NCBI GenBank assembly: GCA_951406725.2
Contig: OX597831.1
Span: forward strand, 34,658,001-34,722,000
Source of the DNA: Octopus vulgaris
Lineage: Eukaryota
Direction of reading: 5' to 3'
Length of the DNA: 64,000 nucleotides
A program made the translations under genes and the position numbers. Below are positions 39,101 through 54,143 of the stretch, piece by piece. Numbering within the stretch: position 1 is the stretch's first letter; each line of letters opens with the position of its first letter. The notes under the pieces are model-generated. The model was not told the origin of the DNA. It worked only from the letters and a program-made list of their open reading frames with translations, and did not search any database.

Positions 39101-42100
39101 AATAACACAGCTGAAACACGATAACTCAGCCAAGAAGCAGTTGATGGGGGTTGCCAGGAAAAAGAAAGAGAGAGAGAGAGAGAGAGATAGAAAGAAGAAT
39201 AGGTGGTAGGGGTGAGAGAAAGTAACTTTTTAAATTTAGTATTATCTCTCTTACTTGCTCCTCTGCCCTGTTACCTGATTATTTGTTTATTTACAACTTA
39301 ATACAAAACCTTGATGCCAAAAGCAATCTAAATTTATCAAACTTACAGCAATGAATCAAACTATCAACTACACATTTTTTTTCTTTCAAATTTCACACTA
39401 CATTTCAATTGGTATATTAGTCAATAGTCTTCAGGTGTTATATTTTCTGTCTACACACATTTTCTCAGATTAGAAGTTAAATCCACAAAAGTATTTACGC
39501 ACATCAAAAATATAATGTTGGAAACTGTAATAAAAGCAAAGTAAGTATATTATTCCAACCACCAATACATACTTCTAACTCCTTTGCATTTATCTGTTTT
39601 TGCTTGCTAACTACTGGAATGGTTTTCTCTAAGTTTACATTTCATCAATACACATTTCCTCCTACTGATGACACAAATTTCATGCATGGTTGGCACAGAT
39701 GTTCAGCCAGGCAAACTAAGGCAAACAAAACAAATGTACTTTGCAGAGTGAAGAATGGTGATGGATGTCAACAATGAGGAAATAATGGGGAGGGCGAGAT
39801 GTACAGCATTATAAATGGGTGACAGTTGGATTAAATACAAACAGATCCAGAACATTGCCAGCAAAATAGAGCGAGACGAGCATTTTGAGTGAGACAGACC
39901 CAAACTGCGATATGAACCATGTCAACGACCATCACTGTAATCATTTTTATGGCTGTTTTTCCATAAGTAGGTCTTCTCCAACACATCTATTAACCACTTG
40001 TGGTCCATTGCTATTTTTTTTTTTTTTGAGAATCAACCTTTTGATCTCAATTTTCATTATTTTATCTTCGTTTCCCTTTGCATCCTTCTTCCACAGGTTC
40101 CACCCAATTAGAATGATTGGCACTTCTTTATCCAAACAAATCATGATGTCTGTACCAGTACCCTCTTCTCTCTTGCACACTACACCTGGTCCATTTCACA
40201 TCCAGTTTTTCTAAACTGAGAGCTCTGCCATTCAAGCATGTTAACATTACACAACAATTAGTGCATGCTCACTGCATTTCTTGTTGGCCATCACATATCT
40301 TCTGCATTTAAGGCTCATGTCTTGCTATCATGCAACATCACGCTTTGTACACATGCAACATCTAGTCTGCCCTTTCCTCTGAGAAGGAAACTCTGTTACC
40401 AGTGCTTATACACATACAATATTACATAACATCTTTCCTGTAGGTTCTGTTCAGGTCTTGTGTTGTACTTCGAAACAATCCTTTTAAGTTAATATTTAAA
40501 AAATTAACAACCATTTACATTATGATTCTTTACTTTTCATATTCTGGGGTTATCTCATTTATAGTCACAGCAATTTTAATGTGTATTACTGGACTACATT
40601 AGACACACAGGAGCAATCTGTCAACCTATGGTTAAGTGGGTGCTAAAATACTTAAGATACTCATGTGTAATGAGTGGAAGTAAACAATGTTAGATTATCC
40701 AGTAAGATGCTTATAAGAACTAATGTGATGGGTTTTGTCATTCAGAAGTACTTTGGCGAAATTGCTAACATCCAGTATAAGAAATACATGGTTCAATTCT
40801 TGGAGGCACTTTTGTTCAATTGTCTTAGGTTATACTTGTAAATGAAAATTTTAAGTTTATATTACAAAGATTCTATTTATATAATAACTATTAACCACAC
40901 ACACACAAGGGGACAGAAGGGAAATGTTGCTGCAACAACATAAATATCCTAGAGCAAATACAAAAGACCATTCAGCTGACTGGTAAAGATTCACTCACCA
41001 ACATGTTTCAACTCGTTGCCCACAAACATGCAGTTTTCCCGCAATATATCTCTCTTTCATCCCTCCTACAATGGTCTCTGCTCTCCCCAAATAAGTGAGC
41101 TGCCTACCTTCTCCATGTGATCCACTCATTTCTCCTCCTCCTGTTACCCTGTGTCTCAGCTCCCAGTTCATATATTAAACATTTCAGTCAGTCAGGTGTC
41201 CCCTTAGAAACTGTCTCCTTGCAATGTTACAACATCATGTCAACTGTATTAATCTCATCAATCTCAAAAACAGTGCAAAGGCCAATGCCATTTCCAACAC
41301 ACTGCTTTATTCGTGCACACACACACACACACAACCACCATTGTTGCTGGCATGGGTTAGATGAAACTTATTGAAGCAGGATTCTATGGATGGAAGCCCT
41401 TCCTGTTGCCAACTCTTATATCTTTTCCAGGTAGAGCATTTTTATTCCACCAATCATCACACGTTAAACTATATTTCAATCACAAGGTATTGCCCAGTCT
41501 GAGGGTATGACAGAAGACACTTGCTCATGGTACCGTAGAGTAAGATCAAACTTGAAACTCCAAGGTTTGCAAAGTGAGCTTCTTTGCCACACATCCAAGC
41601 TTATATATGAAGGGGCCAATATACTTCATCATATCATTGTCATCAGACAGCCTTGTTACCTGCTGGCATGGGTTGGATAATTTCACAGGATTCAATGAGT
41701 CCAAGGACTGCAGTGTCATCCACTGTCTATTCTGACATGGTTTCTATGGCTGGATGCTCTCCCTACCGCCAATTACTCTATAGAATGTACTGGGTACTTT
41801 TGCACCAGTGAGGTCACCATGCAGTTTGCAAGACTATAAACCCTGACAGAGGGCGTATTATGCAAGGAGATAAGAGGTTCAAGTAAGAAAAGAAAATCCC
41901 ACCAAGAGTGTAGGTCTGAAAATACACATCAAGTACTACATGAGCGTACTGAAACAGCCTGGAAATTATGTAATCAGAAATTAGAACAGTTGTGTAGAGG
42001 TTGTGCATGTATGGGTAGGGAAGGGGGGAGAAAGAGAGAGAGAGATAGAGAAAACGTCAATGTCAGTAGACATATTTGATTTCTTCAATGCACTCAATCA

Positions 42101-45100
42101 CACAGCCATATACACTGGGAATTATGTTTTCAGCTGACATGTTTCACAAAGACACCCACCACACACCCACCCACACATGCAAAAGCAAGGGTCAGCACAG
42201 TTCTACCATAACTGCCAAACTCAAGTCCTTTCATTAATTGGACACATAAGCTCTAGAGATCTGTTACAACAAGATTAGAAATTACTTGAGAGTTAATCTA
42301 GAAATAAATTCTAGTTAAATCAATTAACTTTGGCACTGTGTATGTGTGCGTGTGTTATATAATTTCTCTTTGTATACTAACTGCCAAATCTCCTACAAAC
42401 CGCCATAAGATTTATTTTGGATAGTGATTGATGCACATAATTAACTTAGCTATAATTGAAATCCTTTAGTTCTTAGACCAACATATTCTTCCTAGGAATT
42501 ATAACAATCTTCAAGCTAAATCAGAAATATATTCTGATAGAGAATTCATTCATTGAGGTGTCCTACTCCATGGTACATAATTTTCTTACAAAAGCATATG
42601 CTTAAATGTTTTCATTTCAACAGGTCTCCAAAACTTTGAGGAGACTTTGAAAACAGATTTATAAAGGATTTTGTTTCTGAGGTACCTAATATAATCCTTT
42701 AGTATTTAAACTGGCTATATCTGGTCTAACTATTCTACAGGTTTTATGTTCACACCAGCCAAATCTAGCCTCTCACACCTACACTACAAAGTCATTCCAA
42801 AAATCACATCACTAAAATCTTGACACTACAAGATAAATGCATAATTAATTCAAAACATAGTGAATAAATAATTACATTCGACAGACTAAGCTGAATGATA
42901 GAGAGATAAAGCTCTTCAGGGATAGGAAGATACTCAGTCAGAGCTCACATTCCCAGATGACGACTTTCAGCAGCTAAGTAAACCGAGACAATGTAGAATT
43001 AAGTGAGCCTTCTGTAAATACAATGAAATGCTCGTGATGGATTTTCAATTTGAACGTCCATTGAACAGTTAAACACTAACACTACAAGCCAGACCTCAGT
43101 AAAGATTTCAATCACATACGACAAGCAAATGCCCGTCAAAATTTCCCACCTATGGCCTCTATCCATTTCCCATCTACTAGATCAGTAGCTCACTATCAGG
43201 TCACATTACTGCAGCATGTGTTGACAGAGCTTTTCCTACAACGCTCTCAACTCTGGTGCTCGCCAGGATTTGGGTTTGTTTCCCATTCTCTTCTTTCTTT
43301 GCTTCAACAACCTAATTACTGTCATATCCAATAGTACATTATCCTTCTGCAAATGATATGAAACTTCATTCTACCCTAACCTTCCTCAACTAATGCCTCA
43401 TCTCCGTGGAACCTTAGAATCCACACACAAAACCTGCATCAATTTCGTAAAAGGAAACCATGAGTGCATTATCTAGTGGAGCCATGCCAACCTTGTCTCT
43501 TTGACAGCAATTAAAAAAATCCTGCAATACTCATACTATCAAGAAAACACCACTGTACTACACCTCTAGACATGAGAAGCACTTGGTTGCAGACCTCAAA
43601 GTCACTCCAAACAGGCTTAACTATTACTGAGGATCTCCCCTGGTGAAAGCACATCCACAACATATCTCAGACTACATCTCAAAGAATGCTGCTCCTCTTC
43701 AATGAGCCTTCAGTAACAACTATGCATAGTCAATCCTTCTCAGTATAGCGACCTCTCTTGAATGTTCTCCCTGCTCACGTGTTTCCTGCAGATGTTGATC
43801 AGCAATAAGTTAAATGGAACACTGACAGGATCATGTTCTCCGAAGACTTACTTAGATCGTAAATGTTGTCCCCCAGACTTAGCAAGAGAAAAAACATTTA
43901 TATATACATACATACACAAATAGTTATGTGTATGTGTGTTTGTGCGTGATCAATATTCTACATTTACTTTTCCATACTGGCAAATGTACACAAAAAGAAA
44001 CTTGCAGTTACTATTAATTGACTAGAAGCTGAATTAACCCTAACCAAGCGGTTCTATGATAAAACATTTCCCAGATTATTCCCATTTTTATTTTCCCACA
44101 CATAGTATATCTAGAATAACATTATTCAATGGGCCCTTTCGCTTATCTAGAATAACATTATTCAATGGGCCCTTTCGCTTTTCAAAATGGCAGAGTGTGA
44201 TTTCAGGAAATATTTGACTTGTATTTCTAGATGGTCAAGTTTGCATAAAGGCATTCTATCTGAAAAAAATATTAGATGTAGTCTACAACAGTCCCGAGTC
44301 TATAAAGTGCACAAAATGAAATAAGTTAGTGTGCCGTGAGAAGCAAAAATTCCACAGTTTTAGAACTCAAGTACTTTCTTTGTGTGTGTGTGCATATTTA
44401 TAAATTACTTACAATCTGTTATTATTATCATCATTATACTTCTAATGAGCCATGCCCACTTCATAGGCTTGATTGCCCATTGAAACCATTTCGCTTCACT
44501 TATGTTGTAAATGTCCCCCTCAGCCAAAGTTAAAATCATTACAACTTCCTGTCTCCTTCTCAAAAAACAAAACAAATAAACCCTCGACTGCTTTACTTCT
44601 TTCTTAACAAATAAATGTTTTTCTCCACAATAATCCACTTATTCTCTCCTATTTGTGTTGTAGTGTAATGTAGTCATCATCGTACATAACTCCACTCATT
44701 AGGGCAGGTCAATTTGCTAATTGTTATAATTCTCTCACACTCTCTTTTTCTCTCTTCTCATACTTAAATTCTATCTTTCTTTTATTTCTTAAAGTAGGCA
44801 TGATGCCTTACGAAAAGAAGCAAAAATGTTGTCATGTGAATGTCTTTTCCGAAGTCTTAAGGAATACAAAGTTAAGTCACTCCAATTATTAATCCCAAAT
44901 CAAAAAAGAAGCCGGCAATTTTGTTTGAAAGAATACCCTACAATAAGGCTGACTCACTCAGAGTTAATATTTCTTGGTTGCTCTTTGAAGCTCAAAATCG
45001 GCGCTGCCGATAATGGCTAAGTGGCTGTATTTAATAATCCAGTGTGATTCAGCAAATAGCCGATGTAGCCACATTCATCAAATACCTACTCTCCAACCAC

Positions 45101-48100
45101 CAGACATTTTGTTGGCTTTTTTCTTCACTTAAAATTGATCAGGAGCAGTCTATCAATGCAAAACTTTTCATCCTTAATCATTCAACCAGCCGTCATCATC
45201 ATCATCATCATCAGTACTATCGCCAACATCATCATCATCATCACAATAATCAGCAATAGTCTGGCTAGATTCCCATGCCCATATGGTTGGTGCCAGAGGA
45301 AAGGGATTAAGCTCCTACGAAAAGGAACTCGTGTAACTAGTGTTGGAGCGATTTGAAAGCCCTGACATAATGCTTACAGCATCTATTTAAATTACGAAAA
45401 ACATTGGAAGCGCTCCAAACACCATACAATACTGCACGGCTACACTATACATCTCCACTATATAACCAAGCTTCATTCTATAAGGAAACAGAAACAAAAA
45501 AAAAAACAAAAACTACTACAATATCTCGAAGTTACTATGCCTTTTAATATTTCATAAGGCTATATACCATAAAACTGTTTGACAATACCAGCAGCAGTAG
45601 GGACCAGGCCTGATGATTAGGAGCTTACAATGCCTAATTAAGAGTCATACAACTAAGCCCTTATATTTTCTGCATCCTACACCATCATATTTCACAGTGG
45701 AGCTGCTGTATATATACATTCATATGTATAACCATGCACGACTGGCTTTGCTTCTGTGAACACTGGCATAGCTGACAGTGTGAGTCGAACCATGGATACA
45801 GGCAGATCAAAGCAATGAGTCATGAAAACAAGAAAGTGAACTAGGATGACTAAGAGCATAATACAATGTTAACAACTGAAAAACCTTTCAGTACTGAAAT
45901 CGTGTGTGTGTGTGTTTGTGTTTGTTGTGTGTGAATGTGAGTGAGCTTGCACTTGTGTGTGTGTGTGTGTCATGGGTGGAATATACATAAGCATAAGTTA
46001 CTGGGGCAAACAGTTCAAAAGCTTTGTAGGTCTCGCATATATATACACACACACACACACGTACACTAACAGTCACTCATCCACAAACGCGCGCACGCAC
46101 ACACACACAATCACCTACATTTGTGGTCCGCAACCTTACTGTATGTGATCGGAACGTCTGGCAACCCTATTTCTGATGGACGTGCAAACTGAGATCATTG
46201 AGAATCAATTGTTCTGCCAAGAAACAATGAAACGCTGACAGTGGAAATGAACTTGCAACCCAGAAGAAAATAGTCATAGCTTATGCACACAACCAATTGC
46301 CTCTCCACACACGTATCTGATATTATGTCTGTACAGAACTAACCAGGCATTAATCTCTTGTCTTTCACAGTAAAATGTAGCATACTTTGGGACCTATAGA
46401 GTTTCTGAAACCTCCGTAACCTTAGAAAATTACACCATGAATGAATACTGACACTTACATAGACGTATACATGTATACATATATATACATGTATCTACAT
46501 GTATATATTCATACACACACACATACACATATGTATGTGCAGATATATAAAACTAATTTCACATGCGTTGTTTATAGCTTTCATGTGGTAGAGGCTAATT
46601 TTTTTTTTTTCTGTTTTCAAAGAAAATTTGGTAAAATTCTATTCATAATGTAGAAAGAAATATCTTTATACTACGAGATCCTTCCTGATTCTAAATACTT
46701 AACCATGAGACAGAAGCAGTCAGCAAGTAAAGATTGATACAACTAACGTCACTTCTTAGCACTCTGATAACAGGTTTTCAACGAGATGCAACTGCTATTT
46801 CTAGCAGATAGAGCAACCATATAGAAGATAGATAACTGACTTCTCCATGTGTCCCATAGAATCCTATCTTATTGATACAATATTACCCATGTGTACATGA
46901 GGAAAGTCTTCCCTTGAACTTCTAACAACTGATCTTTTCTTTCAAATACAATTGACTGTATTTGCTGTGTATGTGTGTGTGTGTGTGTGTGTGTGATGCA
47001 CACACATAAGTTTCAAGGAACAAATATGCCTGTATATGCATAGATATCTTCAGCATTGTTTGTACAAGGCAAGTCCTAATGAGGAAGAGAGATTTAAAAT
47101 GCAAATTCTTATTTTTATTACTCATAGTTATCTTGTAGCACTGCTTTAGGGGTTTACATGTAAAGATATAACAGCTATTTCCCTCTCGGATTTCCCGTAA
47201 CTGTATTTAGAAGTAATAAGCTAGGACAATCCCTTTTGCTCGAATATAGACGCATTACAAGTGAGTGGTTTCTTGCTGCTTAATTTAACAAAGTAGTTTT
47301 CGTCTTAAAACTGCTAACTGCAGTTCATGTCAAAGGGAAGTAATTCATTCAATTTTAAGATGATAAATCTGTTCTTCTTAGTTATATTTTTAAAAAATAG
47401 AATAATTCTTATAATGAAAAAAAAAAAAAAAAAAGAGGATTTAGAAAGATTACTGCATTTGACCTTTGTTACATAACTGCAGTAATTTTACTAGTGATGT
47501 TAAAATTGCAAATTAAAATTTCAGTTGTTCACATGTGAACAAACATTAAGAAATGTTAAAACTATAAGGACATTTCACATAAAAGGATTTTCATTTGAGT
47601 GTCATTTTGACCGTACTGGTAGAACCACATAGGTACGCACACATACACACAGCTTCACAATTTTGACTATAAAACAGGTTGGTTGTTTGCTAACAGCAAA
47701 TATATTAAGGTATACAACCCCACACTTTAGTTAATAAAGTACTAACACAAGACAGAGTTAGGAATGAGAGTAAGTAACAGTTTTATCGTCCACTATCATT
47801 CATAACAAAATTAACAGAAACACATTCATGATTTTGTGCAGTCAAGTATACGAACTGCCTGAAACAAAGAGAAGTGTGTTGATCTGTTTATAGCGCTTTC
47901 ATTTTTACTATATATATATATATATATATATAAAGGAAATGAAAATGAACCACAGAACATGTGTCTAAAAAAATTCAACACCAAATTGCATAGTTTTGGA
48001 GAGGGGTTTTTTTTTTCTTTTTTTTTTTTAACTATAAATGACAAAAAGAACAGAAGAGCAAAATTGTTCAAATTAAGACAAAAAGTTACTGTTAACACTT

Positions 48101-51100
48101 TAAGCATAGAAATAAATGATGATACCAAAAAAGAAAAACTAAATTAACTAAAATTTCTTTGCAGCAACTATGGGAGATAACACCAGACAAGCTGTAGTCT
48201 TATTCTGATCTCATCAGTGAACCACACCCTTCACAATACTTAAAACAGCAATGAAGGGTTTCGTTGAAAGAAAACCATCAGGGTAACACAGAATAAGATA
48301 GACATGGTTTCAAAACCCAATGAAAATTTGTCAGGGATAATGAAGTTGCTAAAAACAATTTAATTCAAAAAATACTAGAAAGACTAAATTGTTGGCAACA
48401 AAATAGATGTGCAAATTGTCTCAGTAAAAAGTACACAGATGCATGTGAAGATTGGTGTGCATGCATGTGCATGTAAACTTCTGCAAAATACTAGCGTGTT
48501 TCAAATTAGCATTCTTCATATTCTGGTTCTTTCCGAAGATTTATAAGGGATTTTCTTTTTGTTTCCATTAACTATACACCCACCTAACACATTTACAAGA
48601 CTAATGTACAGAGCAAATCACAAATATATGTTCCTCTTTAAATGAAAAAGAAGAAAAAGGTAAAAAAAATAATAATAATAATACTGAAAATAAAAAAGAG
48701 AAAATACAAGACAAACTTATTTGTTAGCAAAGTTTTGCAAAGTTGACTCAAACTAAAACTTACTCTCTTTTTTCTTGCTTTAATTTCTGTCTTTTTCTGT
48801 TCAATATCCTTTTGCATCTCAGCATACCAGAAATCAACAAAGAAGTGAGAATCTGTATAAAATTTGATACTATCTTTTCCATCCTCCCTGGAAAAACAAG
48901 AAAACAAAAAGTAAGCATGTGTTAATCATTTTGTAATATTATCATCTAATTTTGTTTTTAAAACATATGCACAAGGCTTGGAATTTCAAGGGAGAGACTG
49001 GGGTTAGCTGACTGAACTGACTCCAGTTGGTTGTTACTTTAACAAAGGCAAAGTTGACCTCTAAAAAGCTAGAGCAAATATTACATGGCACTTTGTCTGA
49101 TGCTTGAATGATTCTGCCAATCCACTGACACTATTTTTTAAATCAATAATAATCACTTCTTGTAATGATGAGGGGACGTTACAAGGGCAAGTCAAGAAGT
49201 TATAGTATGAAGAAAAGAAGCATAAAATTAGGTGTATAAAAAGATGAAATGTCAGAATAGGAAGTCTTTTGGCGAAGATCAAGGTCTAATATCTATTCTT
49301 ATCAGCCAGACAGCACCAATAACAGAACTCTAGCCTCACATACCCTCTCTCAACAAAGTCTCCAACCTAGAGCTCATGTTGAAAGAAGAAATTCACTTGG
49401 GTTATTTCACTCACCACTCTTACCCAAATTTCAGCTAATCTACTGGAGCACCTTCCTCTCTAAGTGGGATTTGATGAAGGGCTGGCTGAAGAAAAACTGC
49501 TCATCATTGGTGTCTTCAACCTTGTCCACTATAAAACCACTTACACGATAGTCATCAACCCTAGTTGATAGCTGAATCTATCTTACATGCAACAGTAAAT
49601 TTGACATAATCCCCCCCCCCCCCCAAGTCAGCAACAGTCAGACACTGAACAAGTGCAAACACTGGTTTTGGCCAATGCTAATATCTCACACAAGTCCACT
49701 TGACAGCAATTTCAAACTGTGGAATTTATCCTGAACTCGTCACACTCTTGCAAGCTTACCTATCCACCCATACTTTCTATTCCATGATCCCTCTTCTCTC
49801 TCTTATATTTACCTTGTACCTTGAGAGTTTACCAGCACCATCCATCCCTCTTTCTTTCCAGCTGAGGAAGCCATGTATCTCCTGTTTAGCAAGACACTCA
49901 CTACTGTCTCTCTCTATTCTTTTCTACTCTAGGCACAAGGCCTGAAATTTTGGGGAAGGGGAGGGGGGTCAGTCGATTAGATCAACCCCAGTATGCAACT
50001 GGTACGTAATTTATCAACCCTGAAAAAATGAAAGGCAAAGTCAACCTCAGTGGAATTTGAAAACAGAACGTAAAGACGAAATACTGCTAAGCATTTCGCC
50101 CGGTGTGCTAACATTTCTGCCAGCTCGCCGCCTTACTGTTTCTGTAATACTATCATATTCTTCAATACTATACCTGTCTCATTTAGGTGTGTGTGTGTGG
50201 GGGGAGTGGGGTTTGGTCTCGTAAGTAATTTGATGACATCACTTGGCATTAGGAAGAGCAACATAGACACTGAAGTTTGACATTGTCCTCTGCTTCATAG
50301 GTTCCTGTCAAACAGTCCAACCAATGACAGCATGGAAAACAGACATAACAATGATAAGGACAGCAATACCACCCCATATTAACACTACGAAGACAAGGAT
50401 TTCTTGAAAATGTTCACAGGCTCTTGGCTGAAAGTCTTGGCTGGAAGATTTGACTGTTCTCTTCATCTTGATATCTAGGGCCACTTGAGAGCATTGTTCT
50501 TGCCTATCACTAAACCTCTGCAGAATGTAAGAGCTGTTGTGCCACTGACCATATGAGAGAGCCTGATATCATTTCAAATACTAGATGACCAATCTTATCA
50601 TCTGTTGACACAGGACCACAGTCAAACGTATGAGCTGTGGGTAGACATGCCTGAGAAAAGGTGACTACTTCTGTCCACTGATCATGAATCTCTCCCAGTA
50701 AATACTGCAGCCTCGGGAGACATCAGCATTGACATACCAAACTCTTCAGGACCTTCTGATTAGTGGAAAACACTCCTTCTAGAAGGAAACAAGCAGACTC
50801 TAAATAACAGAAGCAATGTTTGTCAACACTGCTTAATGTTTCTGATGATACATAGAACAATCAGACAGATAGAAGGGTGAAATACTAAGAGGGGAAGGGA
50901 GAAAGAGAGAAATCACTTTACTAACATAGCACTGTTCAAGTGGGCTACTTCATAGGTAGAACCATTGGCAGCTGTCTTCTACTGAGTGTGGGCATATACA
51001 TTTATCCATCATTTAAACGTATGTCATGCACTTCAGTTGAGAAAAGATTAAAGACTAAGGTGAAAGCAAAGGCTGACCATTTTGAATTGCAAATATATTT

Positions 51101-54099
51101 AGAATATTGTCAATAAATATAACAGTCAGCTGATTAAACTTGCATTAACCAAAGTCTAAATTTCTTTTATTCTATGATGAAATGAAAAATGGGATAAATA
51201 TATATGCAGCACCTAAGGGGTTTGCATATATATATATATATATATGCACAGGCATAGCTGTGTGGTTAAGAAGCTCACATTGTAACCAGATGATTCCAGG
51301 TTCAGTTCCACTGTGTGGCACCTTGGGTAAGAGTCTACTACAGCTTCAGATCAACCAATGACTTGTGAATTTGGTATGTGGAAACTGTAAGGAAGCCCAT
51401 CCTGTATTTTGTATATGAAAGTGTGTGTGTGTATGTGTGTGTGCGTGTGTGTATATCTTTGTATATGTTCCTTCTACTGCTTGACAGTCTTTGTTTACAA
51501 CCCTGAAACTCAGCAATATTGGCAAAAGAGACCAACATCAGACTGGGGCCAATTTGCTTGAGTAAAACCTTCAAGGTAGTGACCCAGTAAGGAAAAAAGA
51601 GACATAAATAATGATGGTGGTAGTAATGGTGAAGGTGCTGCTTCTGACAGAAACACACGGTCACAGTTGAGAGAAGAGATCTAGTTGATTCAATCAGCTC
51701 CAGTATTTAAATGATTTTTACATTGAATGCAATACAATGTAACCCAGTAGTGCAAAAATAGTTAGCTTGGTGCTCTACTAATCTTACTGCATAAACAATA
51801 GTAGTACATCAGAGAGGAGACTCAATGAAAACACTAGAGTCATTGGCTTTCTTGGGGAAATCAACAAAAGAAAGTGGGCCAACTAGTTTTTGTTGTGTAA
51901 TTCCAGGTCATCTGACCAATTCTGTACTACAAGCAAATCCATTGTTCCAGATATACCAAAATCGCCAAGCTAGAAAAAAAAGTGCTACGTGTCTAGAGCA
52001 GCAGATGGTCAAAGATGTTATTGGTACTGTTGTATTGTGTATGCATAGAGTGGAAAGGACAAAGATCTTATGGTGGTGCTTAGGGGTGCTCAGAGCAGTT
52101 AACCCTTTAGCATAATGTAATGCTTATTTACTCTTTTACTTATTTCAGTCACTTGACTGCAGCCAAACTGGAGCACTGCCTTTAATTGAATAAATCGACC
52201 CCAAGACTTATTCTTTGTAAGCCTCATACTTATCCTATTGGTCTTTTTTGCGAAACTGCTAAGTTATGGGGATGTAAACAGAACAGGTTGTCAAGCGATG
52301 GAGGAGGGACAAACACAGACATTCATACACACACACACATGTATGTATGTGTATACACACACACATATATATACACACGATGTGCTTCTTTCAGTTTCTG
52401 TCTACCAAATCCACTCACAAGGGTTTGGTTGGCCTGAGGCTATAGTGGAAGACACTTTCCCAAGGTGCCACGCAGTGGGACTGAACTGGGAACCATATGG
52501 TTGGTAAGCAAGCAACTTATCACACAGCAACTCCTGCACTTATTTGTTTAAAGTTTATCCTGTATTATCTTGTAGCTTTGGCAAGAAAACTAACGTTTAA
52601 CAATTACCTTTATCTTATAGCTTTTTGTCTTACTCTCAATAAGTTGACTGGTTACCAACTCTATCAAACATGGTCAGGAGGTCAAGATGCTTGCTTTGTA
52701 ATTACATAGTTCTAAGTTCACCTATCTTCTACTATAGCTTTGGATTGTCCAGTGCCTCATAGTCAAAAGCTGCATAGAATAAGCCTGTTACAATTATGTC
52801 TGTGCTTATGCTTACAGCAGTTTTTAACACCACAGATCACTATGTGGCCATTCAGCCTGCAAGAAATAGCAGCTGAATTCCTTCTTCAAATCAACTGCAA
52901 CAATCTTAAAAAGAGCAAGTTGGATGATGTACTCCAAGTTTCTTTGTGCAAAGGATAAAGATGGAGTGGTCATAGCCGGAACACCAAAGATCAAAGGACT
53001 ATTCAATCAGGACTGACCTGCAGTTGAACAACTACCACCACCACTAGTGTATATGTTGTGTTCCTATATACCACATCTCAAGTTTAACATTCTTAAACTT
53101 GAAATGCTTAATATTATGACCTGCTTAAATAGAAGAGAAAGAAGAAACAATATTTTCTATTGGTTTACATTCATTACTTTATAAAAAAAACTGCTACTGT
53201 TAAAGAGATCTCTACCAAGAAGTGGAACCTTATTGTCAGTCAGGCAAGCTGGAGTTAGCAGAGTTATCTACCCTGCTCAAAACCACAATGCAATGACTAT
53301 AGGTAAGAGTGAACTCCTGTCCATACCTCAGGTTAACTACTTTTCTACAGTGAGATGCCCTTCCAGTCACTAACCTTCATCTGTTCCCAAGTAAAATAAT
53401 ATTTATCCATAGCTAGACATGTTTTTCTTTGCAAAATATTGAAAATATTTACCTACTTACCTACATACACACACATGTGTAGGTAGGGAGCCAGCCAGGT
53501 AGAAGATTACCTCAGGCTACTGTATCTTCATCTTCTTGTAAAAATGTGGAAGCATGTGGTGGTGGGAGAGTGACAATGGTTTTTTTTTTTATATTTTCTC
53601 TCATCAGTCAGGGTTGCTTAACCATGCAAATTTAGACCATTTGCTAAGATACTCAAAACAAAGGATTTATGGTTATAAATTTTTGAGAGCAACTAAATCA
53701 AGCAAGCCTGTGTTATTTAACATCCACTTTGCTATACAAGCATACGGTCAGATGGAATTTGTTGAGGCAGATTTTCTATGGCTGGATGCCTTTTTGTCAA
53801 TCCTAACTTGCTTCGCATCAAGGAAATATTTTCCTGTAACTAGACATATTTTCACAGAAGACTAAAGACAAACAACCTGGCTTGTATGACCATGGTCCTC
53901 ATTCACAACCATTGTGTAATATCAAGACACACACACATTACATAATGGGCTTCTTTTAGATTCTGTCTACATCCATATACAAAAGTCTGATTGCCTTAGG
54001 GATAAGGCAGAAGACACTTGTACAAGGGACTGTGTTATGGGATTGAACTCAAGAGCATATGGTTGGGAAGCAAGCTACTTAGCCACACAGCCATGTAGG

Positions 54100-54143
<44 letters not shown>

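Noticed and set aside
46155-46170. TCTGGCAACCCTA, resembling a hAT terminal repeat
   Set aside because: Single end with no partner found.
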